Below are positions 48,002-48,406 of a stretch of DNA of 48,406 nt, in pieces; within the stretch, counting starts at the first letter, position 1; each line of letters starts with the position of its first letter. This DNA comes from a virus (Duplodnaviria; Heunggongvirae; Uroviricota; Caudoviricetes), in IMG/VR virus record IMGVR_UViG_2531839448_000004; one strand, given 5' to 3'. Made by a program: the position numbers and the translations under genes. The notes under the pieces are model-generated. The model was not told the DNA's origin, did no database searches, and saw nothing but the letters and a program-made list of their open reading frames with translations.

Positions 48002-48406
48002 CTAGATTAATGGTTTATTATTTTCTACATCTTCAATATATAAAAGCGTATTATCAATGGCGTAGTAACTGCGTTTGTTATGATTAACATCAGTAACCCA
48101 ACGGAAAACGCCCGCGCCTGCTAGTGTTGAACAGTATTCCCGAAATGTAGATTTTCCGCAAATATGAAGCAATGCGGCCTCTTTTATTTTAGCAGGGTTC
48201 TTGGTCGTACTAACTTTTAACAGGTTCCTGGTTCCTCTTAATAACAAAACCGTATCATCGTGAGTAATAATTCTGATGTTATCCGTAGCCAGATAATAAA
48301 TGTAATGTGCAATACGGTGATGTTTTAATTCTGAATAAAACCAGGAGAAGTTTTGCTCTTTTCTCACTTGCTCAAACATCTTTTGAAAAACAACGACCTG
48401 ATCCAT
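48002..48406 (-). CDS. ycgX: YcgX (DUF1398 family), complete at the window edge
   Basis: [51 protein letters not shown]...; paralogue of ydfO; neighbour of iraM as in the icd flank of K-12. Confidence 0.8.
   Translation of the reverse strand: MDQVVVFQKMFEQVRKEQNFSWFYSELKHHRIAHYIYYLATDNIRIITHDDTVLLLRGTRNLLKVSTTKNPAKIKEAALLHICGKSTFREYCSTLAGAGVFRWVTDVNHNKRSYYAIDNTLLYIEDVENNKPLI

Overview
The window reads as about 46.7 kb of an Escherichia coli lambdoid prophage (Qin / phage-21-like) plus about 1.5 kb of host flank. All calls are from reading the sequence and recalled protein families; no searches were run, and recalled K-12 protein sequences and gene orders are from memory. Left to right: the right part of IS2 (insD) cutting a ydfD-like ORF; the Qin-type early region (dicB, dicF sRNA, ydfA, dicA-like repressor, dicC-like Cro, YdaT-like gene, replication initiator) with a second insertion carrying an rve-type DDE transposase; flxA with a sigma-28 promoter; relBE and hokD toxin modules; rem, ydfU, antiterminator quuQ with a pR'-like promoter; cold-shock cargo (cspF, cspB, cspI); the lysis cassette (essQ, ydfR, rrrQ, rzpQ with embedded rzoQ); gnsB (frameshifted), ydfO; a cos region; then a complete lambda-like morphogenesis block (nohA-like small terminase, large terminase, W, portal, protease-capsid fusion, FII, Z, U, V, G/T, tape measure H, M, L, K, I, J, lom, side tail fibre). 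Beyond the tail fibre lies a cargo region: a tfa C-terminal remnant, a low-GC O-antigen-type acyltransferase, a decayed pin invertase, and a McrBC-like GTPase/nuclease pair. The prophage ends at a duplicated 3' fragment of icd (attR), followed by host iraM and ycgX. The most interesting candidate is the McrBC-like module, whose GTPase carries a long N-terminal region I cannot place; it sits where e14 carries mcrA. Four genes (gnsB, tape measure twice, mcrC-like) are broken by frame changes in the same direction; the gnsB and both tape-measure breaks sit at short homopolymers, so sequencing error must be excluded before calling them pseudogenes.
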